This document shows, in pieces, positions 20,652-31,242 of a stretch of DNA of 64,000 nt. Location: positions 1-64,000 of the forward strand of contig CBDBFU010000021.1 in NCBI GenBank assembly GCA_965205025.1. The letters run 5' to 3'. Each line of letters begins with the position of its first letter. Within the stretch, counting starts at the first letter, position 1. The translations under genes and the position numbers were made by a program. Under the pieces are notes generated by a model. The model ran no database searches. It was not told where the DNA came from and saw nothing but the letters and a program-made list of their open reading frames with translations. Origin of the DNA: Candidatus Poribacteria bacterium. GTDB lineage: Bacteria > Poribacteria > WGA-4E > WGA-3G.

Positions 20652-20797
20652 TAACGCCAGTTTGATAATAAAAAATGTCAGTTCTATAAACAGTATTTTG
20701 TCCTGAGGACTGCCTTTGTAGCACAAACTTTCCAGTTTGTGCAATTCGGTGTGAACTAAAAATTCGGGGTACAATGTGTCTTATCAAACTCACGTTA
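20652..20797. mobile_element. MITE-like element with 17-bp TIR (TAACGYSAGTTTGATAA) enclosing a GTAG REP
   Basis: TAACGCCAGTTTGATAA at 20652 and TTATCAAACTCACGTTA ending 20797; REP GTAGCACAAACTTTCCAGTTTGTGC at 20718-20742. Confidence 0.7.
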
Positions 20798-20851
20798 TTA
20801 CCTACATTAATTATATACAATTCAGATTAGCTGTTCAGAAGGGTATCAACT

Positions 20852-22615
20852 ATTCGCAGTTTATTCGGTTTAAAAAAGTATTTTATTAGATATAAATACG
20901 CTATATCATTTAGTTTTCTTCTAATTATTTTAACGAATGGTCTCCTACTAATTAGTCCAAAGATTCTTCAAGTAGTTGTTGATGAGTTGAATGAAGGATT
21001 CACGAATCCGGACCTTACAGTGACTAAGGGTCGGATTTTCTTTTTTGCACTCCTGATTTTTGGGGTTGCGTTGGTTGGTGGAATTATACGTTTTATACAA
21101 AGAAGAACTATCCAAGGGGTAGCAAGACAGATGGAATTTCATCTTCGGGCGGATTTCTTCCTTCATCTCCAAAAACTCTCTACCTCATTTTATGATAATG
21201 TTCGAACTGGTGATTTGATGACACGTGCTACGAGTGACCTAAATGCTATCAGAATGGTCCTTAGTAATGCAATTATGTTTTCAGTAGATGCATTAGTGTT
21301 GTTTGTAATGGTACTTGTGATAATGTTAGATATAGATACAAGACTTACCTTATTTGCACTCTTACCTTTTCCTGCCCTTGCTATAATAATTCGATTACTG
21401 GGTAGACGTCTTCATGCATACTATGAGAGAATTCAAGATTCATTCTCAACATTGAATACCAAAGTTCAAGAAAACTTGTCTGGTGTTCGAGTTGTCAAAG
21501 CATATACACTTGAGCAGAATGAAATAGCACACTTCAAAGAATTAAACCAAGAATTTGTAAACCGAAATCATAGACAGATACGACTCATGACTTTTTTCCT
21601 CCCACTTTTTCGATTCTTACCTGGAATTGGTATAGTTATTGTATTATGGATGGGTGGTTTACATGTTATTGAAGGTAAGATAACTCTTGGAGAATTTGTT
21701 GCATTTCAATCATATTTGATGATGTTAGTACGTCCGATGATAATGCTTGGTTTTATCGTCAATACTTTTGAACGAGGTGCAGCATCAATGGATCGAGTTA
21801 ATGAAATTCTTAATGAAAAGCCAGATATTTATGATGGTGAGAACGTAAATTATAGGATCAAAGACATAAAAGGTGAAATCGAATTTAAAAACTTGAATTT
21901 TTCTTATGATAATCAGACACAAGTATTAACAAATATCAATTTGAAAATCCCACAAGGTACAACTCTTGCTATTGTTGGAGGAACTGGATCAGGTAAATCA
22001 TCACTTGTTAATCTAATTCCACGCATTAGGCAAGTTGAACGAGGTACTGTATATATTGATGGTATAGACATTCAAGATATTCCATTGAATACTTTACGAT
22101 CTAACATAGGTTTTGTAGAACAGGAACCTTTTCTATTTTCTGACTATCTAAGAAATAACATTGCTTATGGGGTTGAAACACCTAATGATGATGATATTAG
22201 AGCTGCTGCACACACATCGGATTTACTATCACAGATAGAAGAATTCCCGGATGGCTTACGTACTTTTCTGGGTGAACGGGGTATTACCATCTCAGGAGGA
22301 CAACGTCAACGTAGTGCACTTGCTCGTGCCATTTTGATTAAACCAAAAATACTAATTCTCGATGATGCATTCGCAAATGTTGATACACAGACAGAAGACA
22401 CAATTCTTACAAGACTAAAAGATGTTATGAAGAATCGTACAACAATTATTATTTCTCATAGAATTTCTACTGTAAAAGCTGCAGATCAAATCATTGTACT
22501 AAATGAAGGGAGTATTGTTGAATCTGGTACACATGAGGACTTGCTTGAAAATAAAGGTATGTATGCAAGTATCTATGAAACTCAGCTATTGCAGGAAGAA
22601 TTAGAGGAATATTAA
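20852..22615 (+). CDS. ABC exporter ATP-binding/permease subunit A; probable ATT start
   Basis: GGTGSGKS, ISGGQRQR. Frame extends upstream of the called TTG 20987 with a first TM helix (IRSLFGLKKYFIRYK...); GAAGGG SD 8 nt before ATT 20852. Confidence 0.9.
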   Translation: MRSLFGLKKYFIRYKYAISFSFLLIILTNGLLLISPKILQVVVDELNEGFTNPDLTVTKGRIFFFALLIFGVALVGGIIRFIQRRTIQGVARQMEFHLRADFFLHLQKLSTSFYDNVRTGDLMTRATSDLNAIRMVLSNAIMFSVDALVLFVMVLVIMLDIDTRLTLFALLPFPALAIIIRLLGRRLHAYYERIQDSFSTLNTKVQENLSGVRVVKAYTLEQNEIAHFKELNQEFVNRNHRQIRLMTFFLPLFRFLPGIGIVIVLWMGGLHVIEGKITLGEFVAFQSYLMMLVRPMIMLGFIVNTFERGAASMDRVNEILNEKPDIYDGENVNYRIKDIKGEIEFKNLNFSYDNQTQVLTNINLKIPQGTTLAIVGGTGSGKSSLVNLIPRIRQVERGTVYIDGIDIQDIPLNTLRSNIGFVEQEPFLFSDYLRNNIAYGVETPNDDDIRAAAHTSDLLSQIEEFPDGLRTFLGERGITISGGQRQRSALARAILIKPKILILDDAFANVDTQTEDTILTRLKDVMKNRTTIIISHRISTVKAADQIIVLNEGSIVESGTHEDLLENKGMYASIYETQLLQEELEEY

Positions 22616-22627
22616 AGGAAAATATAG

Positions 22628-24429
22628 ATGTTTGGAATGGGTGAACTTTACGAATATAGTGAAGAGGAACAGGACCTTGGTAAAGTATATGACAGGGTTC
22701 TGATGAAACGTCTCATTGAATACCTAAAACCATATAGTTGGCAATTGGTATTGATTAGCTTCCTGATGGTTGGGGGTACACTATCTCAATTAGCTGTTCC
22801 GTATCTGTTGCAAATTGGGATAGACGAATATATTACACCCAGAGATTTAGAAGGTTTGAGAACTATTGCTTTATTTATGATAATAGCCTTAATTGGTGAA
22901 TTTGTATTTAGGTATTTTGAAGAATACCGAATGCAAATGATTGGACAACATGTAATGCAGGATCTACGGCATAGACTATTTACTCATTTACAAACCCTTG
23001 ATGTACAGTATTTTGATAAGAATCCGGTCGGCAGACTCATGACTCGAGTGATGGGAGATGTCCAAGTTCTCAACGAACTCTTTACATCAGGTGTAATCAC
23101 TGTCTTCTCCAACCTTCTAACTATATTAGGTATTATGGTTGCTATGCTTATGTATAACTGGAAACTGGCATTAGTAACATTTACAGTTCTCCCTATTATT
23201 TTTATATCAACACTAATTTATCAGATATATTCTCGGCGTGCATTCCGAGAACAAAGAAAACAACTTGCCCGGATCAATGCATTCTTACAAGAAAACATAG
23301 TCGGTATGACAACTATGCAATTGTTTACACAGGAACAGCGAAGTTATCACCGATTTAATGAACGGAATCGTAGATTTTTGGCTGCAAATTTACGAAGTAT
23401 CTTCTATTTTTCTATCTTTTTCCCATTGATAGAGGTTACTGCTTCTTTAGCAACTGCGGTTATAATCTGGTTTGGTGGTGGACAAATAGTGCAAAGTGCT
23501 CTATCTTTCGGCGAATTAGTTGCGTTTATCACCTATGCTGCCCGTTTTTTCTGGGCCTATTAGAGAACTGAGTGAAAAATACACTATTTTTCAGAATGCA
23601 ATGGCTTCTTCAGAACGTATATTCCAACTACTTGATACTGATCCGACTATCATTTCAACTGTAGAAAATAAGAATATTAAAGAATTAAAAGGTGATATAG
23701 AATTTAGAAATGTATGGTTTGCATATAATGACGATGATTATGTATTAAAAGATGTCTCATTTACTGTTAAACCAGGGGGAAAAAGTAGCCCTTGTAGGAC
23801 ATACAGGAGCAGGTAAAACATCAATTATAAATCTGTTATGTAGATTCTATGATATAAACAAAGGACAGATATTAATAGATGGTGTTGATATTCAAAATAT
23901 GAATATTGAAGAACTACGGGGAGCGATCAGTATTGTTCAACAGAACATATTTCTATTTTCAGATACAATTGAAAGAAATATAAGTTTAGGTGATACATCA
24001 ATCACATCACAACATATACATAGTGCGTCAAAGGATGTTAACTTAGATAGGTTCGTAGAGAAAATGCCAAATGCCTACAAGACAGAGATTAAGGAAGATG
24101 GTGGAGGATTGTCTGTTGGTCAAAAACAGTTGGTCGCATTCGCTCGTGCTTTAGCTTCTGATCCGAGTATTCTTATTCTTGACGAAGCTACCTCAAGCGT
24201 AGATACAGAAACTGAAATTCTAATTGAACAAGCACTAAATCGGTTAATGGAAAAAAGGACCTCTGTAGTGATTGCTCATCGTCTATCAACGATTCAAAAT
24301 GCAGATAAGATAATTGTCATGCATAAAGGTGAGATACGTGAGTCTGGTACACATAATGAACTGTTACAAAAAGGAGGAATATATCACAGGTTGTATCAAT
24401 TACAATATAAAGGACAAGAAAAGAAATAA
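22628..24429 (+). pseudogene. ABC exporter subunit B, split by two +1 frameshifts (likely sequencing errors)
   Basis: Three consecutive ORFs join if one G is removed at 23553-23555 and one at 23775-23779; [21 protein letters not shown]. Confidence 0.88.
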
Positions 24430-24446
24430 GTTGAAATAAAATCTTT

Positions 24447-25175
24447 TCAGTTAGTAATTAATCGTCTCAATGGTTTCTTTTCTTCTTTTTCAAAGTATTT
24501 TATTGCATTTTCAAGAGATTCCTTTGAGAAATGTTGACCATATTGTTTTATAAAATCTACCACTATACTTTGATCTATCTTTGATATCTCACGTAATAAC
24601 CATCCAACTGCTGTCTTTGCAAATCGTTCTTCTCTTTGAATGAGTATGGAATTTGATTCTAAGATCAAATGTGTATATTGGTTTTCTTTGTTGATATTTG
24701 TAAATGCCACGACAGAGCATCTTGCTTGCCATACATTCTCAGCAGTATTCCATTCTGATATTGCTTTAGCACATTCCATCCCATGAACTTTGATCATATT
24801 TCTCAAGACTCTCGTACAGAACCAATCACATACACTCCAATCATAGATCAATTCTTTCTTAAAAAGAATCTCAAATTTTGATAGTAGAACAGGGAAATCG
24901 AATTTGTCATATAAATATAACTGTAGAAAAAGTATACCTGAGAATTTATCTTCTGCATAATCTTCTTCAAAGAAATAGAGTGCCAATTCTAACTGTTCAT
25001 TAAGTGAAAATTGTTCTATGTTTTCTTCTCTATACCATTCTTTCAATTCACTTCGTATTGTAGGTAGTTCGACACCTCGGTATTTGGAATTATGCTTAAT
25101 ATAATTCTCAAACCAAAGCTTCCTTTTTTCATTAGCATGTTTATCTAAACGGGTCTTAAGTTTTTCTATCAACAT
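24447..25175 (-). CDS. DNA alkylation repair protein (AlkD-like)
   Basis: GVELPTIR, WSVCDW, TAVGWLLRE. Confidence 0.85.
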   Translation of the reverse strand: MLIEKLKTRLDKHANEKRKLWFENYIKHNSKYRGVELPTIRSELKEWYREENIEQFSLNEQLELALYFFEEDYAEDKFSGILFLQLYLYDKFDFPVLLSKFEILFKKELIYDWSVCDWFCTRVLRNMIKVHGMECAKAISEWNTAENVWQARCSVVAFTNINKENQYTHLILESNSILIQREERFAKTAVGWLLREISKIDQSIVVDFIKQYGQHFSKESLENAIKYFEKEEKKPLRRLITN

Positions 25176-25243
25176 TATACTTACCTTGAATTACATATTA
25201 TAAAATTTGGGACAAGTTAACATTAGAAAATTTTGAATAGGTG

Positions 25244-27163
25244 TTAATGCCAAACAATATAAGTTGGTATTTTTAATACTAAACCTATTAAACTCCAAAC
25301 ACAACCAAGAGTATAATCCCCCAATATTAAACCCAAGAAGAATGGAACTGCTTGCCTATATAATTTAACTCCACCTATTTTAAGAATTGTTGCTTTAGCC
25401 AACCAACTTAAGAATATAGTAAACCATAATCTTCCCATACCTGTACCACTGATGAGGACATAACCCCCAGGATGTAAAGGCCACCATAAAAATCGAGTCT
25501 TCATTATCATTAGGAATATGGTGAACAGAAAACTCGATCCAATTACTCCAAGTTCAGGGACAGCAGTATCGCGTGGATTTACCAACCAAGTTTGTAAACG
25601 ATTGAATGTCTCCCATCCCATATACACTATCCATCCACGTGCTTTACTTCCTGCACCCATATCATATAACACATGTAAATATGCCCAAAAAGTAATTACT
25701 ATACCTCCTACGATAGCGAGAATCATGCCGATAAGGAGTTGTCGATATCCAATTCTACTTCTTTCAGCCAATCGAAATGCTTCCAATTCACTTGGTGTTG
25801 GGTGTGCTCGAAAACATCTTACAAATGGATAAAGGAATGTTAAACCAGTTAGATTTCCCAAACCTAATCTACGTGTACCAAGTCCTAATACCATTGTACG
25901 TCCTGGATCAACAAGTATAAGTTGATGTAATGGTGGACCAATTTCTGCTCGAATTCGGGTAATTCCTATAATCATAGGGAAATAAAGAATAAAGAATAGA
26001 CTAATTGCCCAAAAAGTCATACCCATTTGATAACAAAAGAAAAATAGAAATAATAAACCTACAACAAATAAGCCTGTAGCTGATCTGTATCTCATAGGTT
26101 CGCGTGAATCGTCTGGTAAGGATTGACCTATTCGTGGTGGTATACCAAAGACTTTACGGATGATCCCACCATAATAACGCCTACCCATCCACAATGGGAT
26201 ACATCCAAAGGCAATCCACGCGCCGGTCTGTTGTTCAAGACCATAGATGTTTCTTGCCCCTATCATATCTGTAACGATTAACTGTATCCGGGATAGAAGC
26301 CAGAAAAACCAACATGAGAATGAGAGATCAAGCGGTGTAAAGAACATCAAACCGATACTGAATGGGTAGAACGAAATGTGAATTGAACCCATTGCACTCC
26401 ACGGTTTTGAGCTGAATTGACCAAGATTCTTATTCCTTATGGGTAAGGAAGGAATATCTGGGAATAGGAAACTTAATCCATTCAGTAGTTCAGCACTGCC
26501 TGCAATGGCAAATCCGAGCCACATCCATGGTGAACTAAAGAATCTTTTTGGATTGGTTGTCAAAGCTAATGGTAACTGTACAATGGGATAATTTAATCGC
26601 TCATTTTCTGTCCACTGTTTACGGAGGAATATGGTAACTGATAACAGAGTAAGCCAAAGTGCAATTACAAAACTTGACCATGCAACGACTGGTAGAATCC
26701 AGGCATTTAAGGTATTTGGATTATATAGAGATGAATCTCCATTGTAAAATCCTTCCAGTATACGAGGATTCTTGACTGCAATCCAATTTGGTAAGTTATT
26801 ACCAAAAAGAGATAACCATTCATTTTCTGGTGTAGCAAATTGAAATGTATGAGCAAGGACAGGTATAAGATACCCCATCATAGTATGTCCACTAAGTGTT
26901 GATACCATCACAACCATTACATATATGGTTTGCAGGTCTGCCGCGGACATTGCTAATTTAGGAATGAATTTCTGAAATAGAAGATTGAGTAATACAAAAA
27001 CGAGTAATGTAAATACAGCATTAAAAAACAGAGAGGCAATAGTCAACTGTGTTGAGTGCCACACTTCAGTTCCCATTAAACACCAATAACTATTGAAGGC
27101 AACCAGTAGTAATCCTATTAATAGTATGTGTGGCTTAACACGTTGTTGTGTTCCTTTAGCCAT
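25244..27163 (-). CDS. Large polytopic membrane protein (DUF6785/DUF6784-like putative transporter)
   Basis: LRKQWTENERLNYP, WWPLHPGGY, PFFLGLILGD; many TM segments. Confidence 0.75.
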   Translation of the reverse strand: MAKGTQQRVKPHILLIGLLLVAFNSYWCLMGTEVWHSTQLTIASLFFNAVFTLLVFVLLNLLFQKFIPKLAMSAADLQTIYVMVVMVSTLSGHTMMGYLIPVLAHTFQFATPENEWLSLFGNNLPNWIAVKNPRILEGFYNGDSSLYNPNTLNAWILPVVAWSSFVIALWLTLLSVTIFLRKQWTENERLNYPIVQLPLALTTNPKRFFSSPWMWLGFAIAGSAELLNGLSFLFPDIPSLPIRNKNLGQFSSKPWSAMGSIHISFYPFSIGLMFFTPLDLSFSCWFFWLLSRIQLIVTDMIGARNIYGLEQQTGAWIAFGCIPLWMGRRYYGGIIRKVFGIPPRIGQSLPDDSREPMRYRSATGLFVVGLLFLFFFCYQMGMTFWAISLFFILYFPMIIGITRIRAEIGPPLHQLILVDPGRTMVLGLGTRRLGLGNLTGLTFLYPFVRCFRAHPTPSELEAFRLAERSRIGYRQLLIGMILAIVGGIVITFWAYLHVLYDMGAGSKARGWIVYMGWETFNRLQTWLVNPRDTAVPELGVIGSSFLFTIFLMIMKTRFLWWPLHPGGYVLISGTGMGRLWFTIFLSWLAKATILKIGGVKLYRQAVPFFLGLILGDYTLGCVWSLIGLVLKIPTYIVWH

Positions 27164-27893
27164 CTGCACCTCTACTTATATGTTGTAATGCAGCATGTAA
27201 GACTTTATCGTTATCATATTCTGAAATTGTATTTTCATGGATTGATTCATCTGTAAGAGACTTGAGTTCTCTACATAGAATTGGTAGGGTACGAATTACA
27301 TTATCAACGATTGTAATACTTGCCTGTTTTGCTGTACGTGACAAAGGATTCAAATCAATTGTTATGACCTGCTTTCCCATTTTTCTCAAAGCTTCACATC
27401 TATCCCCATCTTCAAGTGGAACGAATACAACATCAGCTTTATATATCCCAATTGGATTAACAAACCGACGATTCGAATCAATAAAGTTAAGTTGGGTATC
27501 TTTGGTTGGCATAAGTACATTAGATGCACCATTTTCTATTAAATGATCACATATTCTCTGTTCTCTGCCATCTTCTGTGTGAAATATATTTACTTCAAGT
27601 GGGGCATTGAGTAGTTTGGCTAATTCTATCAGTTTATCTGGAACTAAAGCTGCAACGTTTCCATTCACAGATATTACAGGATGGATAGCATGTTTTAGCA
27701 TAACAACAGCAGCTTTAATTGCGCTTATAGCAAAGGAATGTGTTTTTTCATCAAGAAGATAATCAAAGGCTTCTCCACGTCCATGTGCAATGAGACCATG
27801 AACAGAAGTTATACCAATCTCAACACCTTTCACAATCTTATCGCGTAAGCTCAGTGATAAATAACGAGGGTGGGTTTTGGGAACATCACTCAC
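27156..27893 (-). CDS. Archaeal-type 4-phosphopantoate--beta-alanine ligase (phosphopantothenate synthetase, COG1701)
   Basis: HPRYxSL, GLIAHGRGEAFDYL, ISVNGN, VPLEDGDRxEAL, IDLNPLSRT. Confidence 0.92.
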   Translation of the reverse strand: MSDVPKTHPRYLSLSLRDKIVKGVEIGITSVHGLIAHGRGEAFDYLLDEKTHSFAISAIKAAVVMLKHAIHPVISVNGNVAALVPDKLIELAKLLNAPLEVNIFHTEDGREQRICDHLIENGASNVLMPTKDTQLNFIDSNRRFVNPIGIYKADVVFVPLEDGDRCEALRKMGKQVITIDLNPLSRTAKQASITIVDNVIRTLPILCRELKSLTDESIHENTISEYDNDKVLHAALQHISRGADG

Positions 27894-28181
27894 AATTGAT
27901 TCACCAATGTATTTTTAGTCTATTATATATACACAGTGATATGTTTTCAAGATTATTAGGAATACTACCAGATGCATTCAATTTTTCGAATATATTTACT
28001 TTTTGATATCAATATTTAGATAATTTGACTGTTATTACATTATCTGTTACAATAACGAAGATAAATGAATTAGATTTGAATGTTTTCTTACAAGATTACG
28101 ATAAAACCTTTTAATAGAAAAGAGTCGGCAAATGTGTTACAAAGATAGATTTTATTAACGATTGTTAAGGGGAGAAGAAAA

Positions 28182-29344
28182 TTGAAAGAAGAAAATATTG
28201 ATAAGAAAGAGAGTTCATCTGAGGAAATATCACATCCACCAGATAATGTAGCAGAATCTACTATTCAAAATTCAACTTCTCACAACCAATTACTGCACCA
28301 ATCTCTTGACGCCTCGATTCAACAACGTTTAAATGAGTTTAGAAGTCAGTTTGCTGAGGTACAATCAACGTCTACGAATAGACTCTTATTTATAATATGT
28401 ATAGCATTATTACTATTTATAATCCTAATTCCAATAGTAGTAGTATTTACAGGTTATCTTGTATATAACGAGATTGATGATGTTAGGAAATCTGCCCTTG
28501 TATATGTTAAGAATGCTGAACAGGAAGCAATTAAAAGCTGAAACCCAAACGAAGCAAGCTGAAGAATACCTGAAGGAAATCGAAAAATTTCATACACAGT
28601 TAGGTGATATAATCGGTGAATTTACAAGTAAAGATTTCACTAATCCTAATAAGGTTGAAATTATCAATAATTCAATACAGGATATTAAAGAATAATCCAG
28701 TAATTTCACTTGAAGAGAAGTCTATAATAGAAGCCTATAAATTACAGAATGATGGCAATTTAACACAAGCAATTGACAAGTGGAGATCTATAGCGAATAT
28801 TGCAATGGGTGTAAATAGTGAGTTAGTATCACGAGCCTTTTTCTCTATTGGATATCTACATTCACTACAGGATGAAAATGATCAAGCTCTTTCAGCTTAT
28901 GATGAAGCAATAAAGTTAAATCCAAATTTCGTTGATGTGTATTCCAGTCGTGGAATAATTAATCACAGGCTTGGTAATTTCAAAGAATCTTTAATAGATT
29001 TTGATACTGTAATTCGTTTAGAACCGGAGTTAACAGAAGCATACATCAACCGAGGAACAGTGAAAAGATCTATGGGTGAATTTCAGGATGCTATTGAGGA
29101 TTATAATGAGGCAATCCATCTTGATCCAAATTCAGTAAATGCATTAACCCACAGAGGAATAGCAAAAAGCGCATTGAATAAACATCAACAAGCAATTTCG
29201 GATTTTGACGAGGCAATTCGATTAGATTCAAGCTATATAGATGCCTATATCAATCGTGGTTCTGCAAAGAGAGCATTGGGTATGAAAGAAGAAGGAAAAA
29301 AAGATATAGACATTGCTGTTGAATTATCTAAACAACAACTATAA
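28182..29344 (+). pseudogene. Membrane-anchored TPR protein split by two +1 frameshifts
   Basis: TM helix, coiled coil, then TPR repeats (AYINRG..DYNEAIHLDP). Removing one A at 28533-28536 and one at 28687-28689 joins the three ORFs. Confidence 0.8.
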
Positions 29345-29434
29345 TTCATGCTGAGAATTACCGTGAATACCTAAACGGGATTCATGCCATAGATTTGGTT
29401 GATACAAAATTGATTTCTTACTGATTTCAATATA

Positions 29435-29695
29435 ATACCATTTCTAATTGAAAATGTCTCTTTTTTGTACCACAAACTTTATGAGGCTTAAGTTTTTAAA
29501 TTCGGCAATTCCCATTTTCCCAAACTTGGTAGGTTCGGTTTCCTAACCACGGGGAATGCTAAATAGCATTCATACCGTTGAACCGAATTTCTAACACATT
29601 ACCGAATTATTATTTTAATCTTCATTCAGTTTGTGACCTGATAAATGACTACCATAATAACCGCCTAATGAGACAATAATTTATAGAAATGGTAT
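29435..29695. mobile_element. Nested composite repeat (TIR > REP-A > TIR > TIR > REP-B > hairpin)
   Basis: ATACCATTTCTA/TAGAAATGGTAT ends; inner symmetric layers listed in findings. Confidence 0.8.
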
Positions 29696-29770
29696 AACTT
29701 CTATCGATTTTTACGTTTAATTATAAAGAGTTTTTAAGATATTAGTACAAATGATCATTTAAGTTATAGG

Positions 29771-30172
29771 TTAAAGTGGTCTACCAAAACATAACATGTA
29801 CCCATTGTTATCCTTCAATTCAAATGTACGTAAATTATCTTCAGTATCTTCAAGATGTTGGTTGAATTCGACACCACGGGACTGATACTCCTCATATAAT
29901 ACATCAGGATCTGCAACCCAAATAAACGCATCCCACAATGCCCATTCATGTCTGGTATGGTTTGGAATTGGATGGATGTATTCGGTTATTGCTTTGAGTA
30001 ATATTCGAATACTATCTCTACTAATGATTCCAAAAAATGGGTCAGGATCATTTTCTGGAAAAACGAAATCTGTCTTGAAGCCGAGTTTTTCATTATAGAA
30101 CTTTAAGGTTTCAGATAGATTATCTACTATGAAAAATGGTGCGATTTCATTCAGCGTCGTGGTCTTTTCCAT
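29771..30172 (-). CDS. VOC/glyoxalase/bleomycin-resistance family protein
   Basis: FYNEKLGF, RTFELKDNNGYMLCFG. Confidence 0.88.
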   Translation of the reverse strand: MEKTTTLNEIAPFFIVDNLSETLKFYNEKLGFKTDFVFPENDPDPFFGIISRDSIRILLKAITEYIHPIPNHTRHEWALWDAFIWVADPDVLYEEYQSRGVEFNQHLEDTEDNLRTFELKDNNGYMLCFGRPL

Positions 30173-30273
30173 AAGGATACTCCATTAATTCAATTATAGA
30201 AAATGTAACTATTTCATGATTAATACGGTTTCATACCAAACTACAAAATCATATAGAATCATAGGGAAATATC

Positions 30274-31242
30274 ATGTCAATTCTACGCTGGGGAATTCTC
30301 GGATGTGGTAATGTTGCAGAACATAAAGGTGGTCCTCCACTATATACTGTGGATGATTCGGAATTAATTGCTGTGATGAGACGTGACCGTTCTGAAGCAG
30401 AATCCTTTGCAGAAAGGCATGGGGCAAAGAAATATTATACAGATATAGACAAATTACTTTCTGATGATGATATAAATGCAATTTATATAGCGACACCACC
30501 GTATCTGCATTGTAATCAGACAATCCGTGCAGCACAATCTGGAAAACATGTCCTATGTGAAAAACCTATGGCAATGAATGTTGAAGAATGTCAACAGATG
30601 ATAGATGCGTGTGAAAATGCTGGTGTAGCATTAATGGTTGCATATTATCGTAACCATTACCCAAATATAGAAAAGATGAAATACCTGATGGATGATGGTA
30701 GAATTGGTGATGTTGTATTAGCACGAGTAAGTTGTACTTCATACTATAACCCCAACCTTGCAGATTTGAAGAATTGGAGGATAGATCCAAAGATTAGTGG
30801 TGGTGGTGTTCTAATGGATATTGGTAGTCATCGGATTAGTTTATTAGAGTATCTAATGGGTGAAATAGAGACTGTTAGCGGTATTGCTGAAACGGTTAAA
30901 TCGGATTTACCAGTTGATGATTCAGCTATATTTACACTCAGGTTCGTTAATGGTACACATGCTGTGGCTAATATCAACTGGAATGTTGGAGTATCGAACG
31001 ATTCGGTTGAAGTCTTAGGAACAGAAGGAAGTCTAAAATCTACACCGCTAAACTCAGGAAACCTTACTATTCAAAACAAATCAGAAGGTATTGTGGATAT
31101 GTCTCAAGTACCATTACCTTATACACATACTGGTCTTGTTTATGACTTTGTAAACCATTTAAAGACAGGTGAGTCGATTCGTTGCTCAGGAGAATCTGGA
31201 TTAAGAACTAATAAAGTTATCCAAGATATTATGTTATCTTAA
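30274..31242 (+). CDS. Gfo/Idh/MocA family oxidoreductase
   Basis: WGILGCG, IYIATPP, HVLCEKP, GGGVLMDIGSH. Confidence 0.93.
   Translation: MSILRWGILGCGNVAEHKGGPPLYTVDDSELIAVMRRDRSEAESFAERHGAKKYYTDIDKLLSDDDINAIYIATPPYLHCNQTIRAAQSGKHVLCEKPMAMNVEECQQMIDACENAGVALMVAYYRNHYPNIEKMKYLMDDGRIGDVVLARVSCTSYYNPNLADLKNWRIDPKISGGGVLMDIGSHRISLLEYLMGEIETVSGIAETVKSDLPVDDSAIFTLRFVNGTHAVANINWNVGVSNDSVEVLGTEGSLKSTPLNSGNLTIQNKSEGIVDMSQVPLPYTHTGLVYDFVNHLKTGESIRCSGESGLRTNKVIQDIMLS

Noticed and set aside
28539-28541. TGA as selenocysteine or readthrough in the TPR gene (also the TGA at 38450)
   Set aside because: The protein continues in a different frame, so this is a frameshift, not recoding.
29692-29770. attC-like TATAAC..GTTATA site after the VOC gene (integron cassette)
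   Set aside because: Inner arms pair poorly, no integron integrase seen, and other small genes lack such sites.
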